Shown here: piece by piece, positions 59,283 to 64,000 of the stretch | Position numbering within the stretch: position 1 is the first letter of the stretch | How the letters are laid out: each line of letters begins with the position of its first letter | The notes under the pieces: model-generated | The model's database searches: none | The model's input: only the letters and a program-made list of their open reading frames with translations | Told to the model about the DNA's origin: nothing | Source of the DNA: an uncultured Chlamydiae bacterium | GTDB lineage: Bacteria > Chlamydiota > Chlamydiia > Chlamydiales > SM23-39 | Direction: 5' to 3' | DNA length: 64,000 bases | NCBI GenBank assembly: GCA_963828125.1 | Contig: CAWHDP010000002.1 | Location: forward strand, 1,120,001 to 1,184,000 | Position numbers and translations under genes: made by a program

Positions 59283-60949
59283 AAAGGCTGTCCTGTTACC
59301 TTGATGTAGTACATTGTTCCATTCGATAAATCACTGTGGTTCAGAGGAAATCCGACATCCACGCTCCAATTTAAAATCCACGGCCCCCTGAAGCGGAGTC
59401 CTACCCCAGTTCCCCATAAAAACGTATCGGTTCCCCCATAATAAAAGGCGCCGCCCGAGTCGAGAAAGGCAGTGAATTGCAAGATCTCTCTCCATTTTTT
59501 CTTTGCCACAGGAGCCCTTACATTGGCAAGGAGCGGAGGAGGGACTCGGAGCTCCACGTTCCCGTAGTAGCCGCTATCGCCGAGCGAGACCGCTAAGGGA
59601 AAGCCCCTTACGGTGTCGGAGCCGCCGATATAAATTTGTTCAGGGATCGCTAGTTTATAAAAGCTCCCTTGAGCTGAACCGTGAAGACTCAAAATCCAAT
59701 CGGGGGCCAAAATGTGGAGATGATCGTAATCGGCGTTGAATTTGACGAAGAGCCCCCCGGCCCCTGGCCTTGAACACTGCCGGCTCACCGGATTCATCCC
59801 CCCTAAAAAGTCTGGAATTCCGACAGCTGCCCGCACATTCAAATAATCGCGGCCGCTCCGATTGCCGAACCGATCCATTAAACAACCGAACGTAGCCACC
59901 CGCAATTTATCAAAAGAACTCAAAGTCCCCAGCGCATAGTTTTGGATCTGTTTGATATCGAAATAACCGAAGAGATCGATCCGGATCGCCCTAGATCGGG
60001 TGAGAGCATGAACCGCTTTCAAAGTGCCGATGTTGGAGACCCCCTTGAGACGGAGGCTGTAGAGCTCCTCGACCTTGAATTTGGAAAAAAGGTAAGCCAG
60101 CTCAAAAAAATCGCCATTGCGGCTCACCGGAATGCGATAAATTAAATCGGTAAAATAGAGAGCATTCAGAGGAAAGCCGACCACCTCGGCAATCGAGAGC
60201 GTATCGCCATAAGCGATCAAATTGCCCGCATCCAGCCGTCCCCCGATCCGGACATTCGTCGTGATATCCCTGCCGTAATTATTGCCGTTCAAATACAGAT
60301 GCAGCGGCCGCCCATCCTCCACCTTGATGATGACGTCGGCTGTCCCCACCTCACGCCCCTTAGCAAAGACCGCCGCCGCTGCCAAGTCGCTATTTTCATT
60401 CAGCAGCAGCATCGCCCGCAAAAATGAATCATAGCGAAGAGCCCTTCCCCGCAATCTCGTGAAGTAGCTCCGAATGAACGGCTCGCTGTAGTGTTTGGCC
60501 CCCTCAATGGTGATATCGCCGAGGCGCCCCTCGATGACTCGGATGAGGAGCACCCCATCCCTAACGGTTTGCGGAGGGGGGTAAGCGCGCGCTAAAAAAT
60601 AGCCCCTTTTCGCATATTCAGCATCGATTTTGCCGCAAAGAGCATAAATCTCCTTCAGACAAAGTTTACGATCTTCGAATTCTGCCACCCATCCCGCAAC
60701 GATTTTTGGAGCCACCGCCTCAGCTCCCTCGATCTGGATGCGGAGCACCTCCACGCAGCCCCCATCGGGGATCTCAAGCCGCTCTTTCGGAATATCAATT
60801 TGAATAGCCGGAGCCTCCCGGCCCTCTTCAAACGGTTTCGCCTCATACTCTTTTTGCAATTCCCGCTCGACTACGCCCGCCGACGGAACTGGAGGAGGAA
60901 GAGAGAAAAGGAGCTGGGCAAAGAAATAAAAAATCCACCGAATTCGCAT
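59279..60949 (-). CDS. TpsB outer-membrane transporter (ShlB/FhaC/HecB family)
   Basis: POTRA motif YAKRGYFLARAYPPPQTVRDGVLLIRVIEG, barrel loop IGGSDTVRGF (VRGY/F motif), C-terminal Phe; directly upstream of tpsA. Alternative start at 60967. Confidence 0.93.
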   Translation of the reverse strand: MRIRWIFYFFAQLLFSLPPPVPSAGVVERELQKEYEAKPFEEGREAPAIQIDIPKERLEIPDGGCVEVLRIQIEGAEAVAPKIVAGWVAEFEDRKLCLKEIYALCGKIDAEYAKRGYFLARAYPPPQTVRDGVLLIRVIEGRLGDITIEGAKHYSEPFIRSYFTRLRGRALRYDSFLRAMLLLNENSDLAAAAVFAKGREVGTADVIIKVEDGRPLHLYLNGNNYGRDITTNVRIGGRLDAGNLIAYGDTLSIAEVVGFPLNALYFTDLIYRIPVSRNGDFFELAYLFSKFKVEELYSLRLKGVSNIGTLKAVHALTRSRAIRIDLFGYFDIKQIQNYALGTLSSFDKLRVATFGCLMDRFGNRSGRDYLNVRAAVGIPDFLGGMNPVSRQCSRPGAGGLFVKFNADYDHLHILAPDWILSLHGSAQGSFYKLAIPEQIYIGGSDTVRGFPLAVSLGDSGYYGNVELRVPPPLLANVRAPVAKKKWREILQFTAFLDSGGAFYYGGTDTFLWGTGVGLRFRGPWILNWSVDVGFPLNHSDLSNGTMYYIKVTGQPF

Positions 60950-61133
60950 AGAGAGGAGCATATACAAAAAATAAAATAAAAAATATATGAGTCAAACTCG
61001 CTCGGAAATATTTACGTAAAAAACTCACTGTAAATGACTTAAAAAGTCTAAGCTTTGGCCGTTTATCGGCGCTGCGCGCTTGGGCTATGCGACTTTGCAG
61101 TAGAGTCAGTTTTCTCTCCATGGGCGGGCGACA

Positions 61134-62216
61134 TCATAGGTTTTGATACATTTTCACATACTGTTGCGCGCATCTTTCAATGGAAAAGAGTTTTTTGGCT
61201 CTTAGAGAGCCACGGAGGCCCATTGCGTGGCCGAGATGAGGATGGAGAAAAACCGTTTTTGTCGCCTGGGCTAAAGCATCGGGGTTGTTCGGTTCCACTA
61301 AAAGCCCTGTTTTTTCATGTTCAACCACCTCTTTTAAACCCATGATGCGGCTGGCGATCACAGGGCGCCCTCGAGAAGCCGATTCTGCTGCGCTCAATCC
61401 AAACGACTCATAAGAGGAGGGGACCCAGACAACAGTTGCTGAATCGATCCATGCATGGACGAGATGATGAGGAACAGAGGGGATCATTTCGATGACCTTG
61501 TCTAACTGCAACTGTTGCCTTAAAGCGAAGAGCGCGCTCCACTGAGGGCCAGATCCCACTACAGAGAGGCGCGCATTGGGAAATTGGCGATGGAGCTTGG
61601 CCATCGCATAAAAGGCGACCTCTACGCCTTTTTCTTCCGTTAAGCGGCAAATCATCACAATGTGCTCTGGTTGCGGCCTGCTGGAGGGCGCCCCTGAACA
61701 ATCAACCCCATTATGGATCATTCGCACCGAAGGATGGCTCAAGTTCTGTGACTCCATCTCTCCGATCAATGCATGAGATACCGTATTGACGCTTTGCGCT
61801 TTGGAAAAAAGCTGTCTGCATGACGGCATGCGATGATTGTCTTGTCCTAGCAATCCGTGAATAGTGATGTATAAAGGGATTTGCCGCACGACGCGCAATT
61901 GATAAAATGCAAGAGTCTCATACCATCCGTGGACATTGATGAGATCTGGCGCAAAATGGTCGATAAACGCCCGCGCCATTTGGAGATTTTCACGCACGCG
62001 GGCCAGATTGCCTGTTTCAAGCGCGTAATGCCACGGAAGAGCCATCACATAAATGTCTTGAATCCACCGCGTCTCGTAAGTCAAAGAGGTCAAAGTCTCT
62101 GTCAAGACCCTCACCTGATGGCCCATCTTTTGCAGCTGCATGCCCAAGTGATGAGTCAACACTTCGAGTCCTCCCATATCGGGCAGATAGCGACTCGGCC
62201 ATAGTACAATCTTCAT
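61134..62216 (-). CDS. Glycosyltransferase family 4 (GT-B)
   Basis: YLPDMGGLE, IHNGVD, RLTEEKG, PSSYESFGLSAAES (E-x7-E), PVIASRIMGLKEVV, TGLLV. The ATG at 62216 overlaps the upstream stop (ATGA). Confidence 0.9.
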   Translation of the reverse strand: MKIVLWPSRYLPDMGGLEVLTHHLGMQLQKMGHQVRVLTETLTSLTYETRWIQDIYVMALPWHYALETGNLARVRENLQMARAFIDHFAPDLINVHGWYETLAFYQLRVVRQIPLYITIHGLLGQDNHRMPSCRQLFSKAQSVNTVSHALIGEMESQNLSHPSVRMIHNGVDCSGAPSSRPQPEHIVMICRLTEEKGVEVAFYAMAKLHRQFPNARLSVVGSGPQWSALFALRQQLQLDKVIEMIPSVPHHLVHAWIDSATVVWVPSSYESFGLSAAESASRGRPVIASRIMGLKEVVEHEKTGLLVEPNNPDALAQATKTVFLHPHLGHAMGLRGSLRAKKLFSIERCAQQYVKMYQNL

Positions 62217-62614
62217 TTGGCTTTCTGAGGCCACCCCTGCTGATCCACTTCGTGGATCGGGTCGAGCTGGAGTAGATTTTTCATTTCTTCGTATTTTTCG
62301 AAAATAGGGGGATGAAATTTGGATGGCCAAAATAAATGAACCACAGCCGGTTTGGGTTGAACGCCCGTGGGAACGAGGAGACGTTCTTCGAGGAGCCGAT
62401 TGAGGAAAGAATGGATGGTTTGCAAAGAATCGGCCGGATATTTTTCTTGGAATAGGCGGAACGCCTCTTCAATACTATGCCCCGACACGAACAATTGCCA
62501 AGCAGGAATGCCGCTTTCTCGAATACTACAATAAATGCCCACATCCAAATCGGCTAAGATAATCTCATCATCTAATAATTCGTAGATTACGGCTTTACTT
62601 CTAGCTTTAAACAT
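62213..62614 (-). CDS. PqqD-family (RiPP recognition element-like) protein with a C-terminal LLQLDPIHEVD..GWP extension
   Basis: VIYELLDDEIILADLDVGIYCSI...AWQLF...FLNRLLEERLL fits the 3-strand/3-helix PqqD pattern; the tail matches a PqqD subfamily recalled from glycosyltransferase loci. Confidence 0.72.
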   Translation of the reverse strand: MFKARSKAVIYELLDDEIILADLDVGIYCSIRESGIPAWQLFVSGHSIEEAFRLFQEKYPADSLQTIHSFLNRLLEERLLVPTGVQPKPAVVHLFWPSKFHPPIFEKYEEMKNLLQLDPIHEVDQQGWPQKAK

Positions 62615-62740
62615 GGCGAAATCCCTATACAGTCAGCAGAATGTCCAGTGACAGTATCCAAAAAAAGTTGTTGACTTGCAAGTTTTTTCGAAAGATCCCC
62701 AGATTTTTTGCCCCACATTGCGGATAGGGGCTCCAGGATC

Positions 62741-63061
62741 TCAATCGACGTGAGAGAGCTTGAGCCCGAAAATGCCGATGATGATCAGGAGCAGTGAGAG
62801 GAGCCGAATGATGTGGTACGAATCGCCGAAAAATAGAATGCCGCAAATGACTGCGCCAGCAGCTCCGATCCCCGCCCACACGGCGTAGGCTGTGCCGATC
62901 GGGATTGTCTTCATTGCGAGCGAGACGAAAAAATAGCTGCAAAGAATGAAAACGACTGTGATGAGGGTGGGGATCAGTTTTGAAAACCCGACGCTGTATT
63001 TGAGCCCGATCGTAAAAAGGATCTCAAACACGCCGGCTAAAAATAGATAGATCCATGCCAT
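62741..63061 (-). CDS. SMR-family efflux transporter (SugE/Gdx-like)
   Basis: MAWIYLFLAGVFEI...GLKYSVGF...KTIPIGTAYAVWAGIG; four TM helices with the membrane Glu. Confidence 0.9.
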   Translation of the reverse strand: MAWIYLFLAGVFEILFTIGLKYSVGFSKLIPTLITVVFILCSYFFVSLAMKTIPIGTAYAVWAGIGAAGAVICGILFFGDSYHIIRLLSLLLIIIGIFGLKLSHVD

Positions 63062-63236
63062 TGACATTTTTTTCTCACTTGCAACTGGACATCGGCCATT
63101 GCAAGAGATTTTACAGGATCCTATTTGATTTATCCCAGCGATTTTTTTTTCTATGGGGCGCGGGGCTTCCCCGCTTCCAGCGGGAGCTGCTGGAAAACCG
63201 CCACGATTAAAATCATTTTCTGGTATTGTCTTGAGT

Positions 63237-64000
63237 ATGGCAGAAGCGGAAAAGAAAACGCGCATTCCCCCCAACTCCAAAGAATCGGAGATGATGGTTC
63301 TCGGCTGCATGCTGACGAACATCAACGCGCTCAATATCGCCGCGGACAGCCTCCACGATCTCGATTTTTACTACACCGAGCACCAGGTGATTTACTCGGC
63401 GCTCAAGGGGGCCTACCGGGCCGACAAGCCGGCCGATATCCATCTGATTGGCGAAGAGCTCAAGCGGCAAAATAAACTCGACGGGGTCGGGGGGATCAGT
63501 TACCTCACAACGCTTGCTCAGTATGCGGGAACCTCCGCATTTATCGAAGAGTATGTCCAGCTCGTTCGGGAAAAATCGATTTTGCGGCAAATGGTGTCGA
63601 CGGCGCAAGGGATTGAACGGGCGGCGTTGGAGGAGCCGGGGGACGTCCTGGCCGCTCTTGATCAAGCTCAAAGCCAATTTTTCCAAATTTCGCAAGAAAA
63701 CCAGCGGAACGGCGGCGTTGCCATCAAAGACTTGATCAGCGGGCTGAAGGCGGAATCGAAGCTCCCCTATCTGAAGGAACTCCAAGAACGGCAGCAGAAA
63801 TTCCAGGAAAAAGGGCCCGATGAGCCAGCGATCACCGGCATCCCGACCCATTTCATCGATTTGGACAAGATGTTGAATGGGTTCAATAATTCGAACCTGA
63901 TGATTTTGGCGGCCAGACCCGCTATGGGAAAAACGGCGATCGCCATCAATTTCGCCGAGAACATCTGTTTCCGCAACCACATCCCCGTCGGGATTTTTTC
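63237..64000 (+). CDS. dnaB: Replicative DNA helicase DnaB (partial, runs off the window; absent from the ORF track)
   Basis: Own translation: MAEAEKKTRIPPNSKESEMMVLGCML...DFYYTEHQVIY...GGISYL...ITGIPTHFIDLDKMLNGF...LMILAARPAMGKTA. Confidence 0.95.
   Translation, partial: MAEAEKKTRIPPNSKESEMMVLGCMLTNINALNIAADSLHDLDFYYTEHQVIYSALKGAYRADKPADIHLIGEELKRQNKLDGVGGISYLTTLAQYAGTSAFIEEYVQLVREKSILRQMVSTAQGIERAALEEPGDVLAALDQAQSQFFQISQENQRNGGVAIKDLISGLKAESKLPYLKELQERQQKFQEKGPDEPAITGIPTHFIDLDKMLNGFNNSNLMILAARPAMGKTAIAINFAENICFRNHIPVGIF

Noticed and set aside
62217..62330. Longer N-terminus of the GT4 ORF
   Set aside because: It overlaps the PqqD-like gene; the GT4 fold begins at MKIVLW (62216) with a typical ATGA coupling.
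63062..63236. Guanidine riboswitch upstream of the SugE/Gdx-like gene
   Set aside because: No paired ACGR-loop hairpins or other recognisable ykkC consensus; the hairpins present are better explained by the ACTGGACAT repeat remnant. An Rfam scan would settle it.
63213..63980. 255-aa minus-strand ORF
   Set aside because: Antisense shadow of dnaB, which is on the plus strand and missing from the track only because it lacks a stop within the window.

Overview
Chromosomal window from a member of the Chlamydiota, most likely an environmental (non-Chlamydiaceae) lineage. This is inferred from chlamydial-type gene blocks (lpxC-lnt, surA-like-rsmA, trmH-methylase, lspA-dksA-nrdR, zinc ABC-rplU-rpmA-obgE, dnaB) and eukaryote-like effector genes. 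The first ~23 kb is mostly housekeeping genes. Interspersed with them are accessory genes, several visibly AT-rich: a 996-aa protein with a eukaryote-type HECT E3-ligase C-terminus, an F-box protein just downstream of tRNA-Ser(GGA), and a two-domain aspartyl protease. From 23.2 to 29.4 kb lies a plastic zone with a tandemly duplicated promoter-gene-terminator cassette that includes the obgE 3' end, an expanded palindromic repeat array, and a 1069-aa modular repeat protein. The window is dominated by a co-oriented minus-strand locus: PqqD/RRE-like protein, GT4 glycosyltransferase, TpsB (FhaC/ShlB) transporter and a 9950-aa Gly/Thr/Ser/Ala-rich TpsA. This is a candidate giant two-partner-secreted adhesin with its own modification module. 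lpxC and the RsmB-like gene each carry a +1 homopolymer frameshift, probably sequencing errors. All calls come from motif recognition by eye; no database searches were run.
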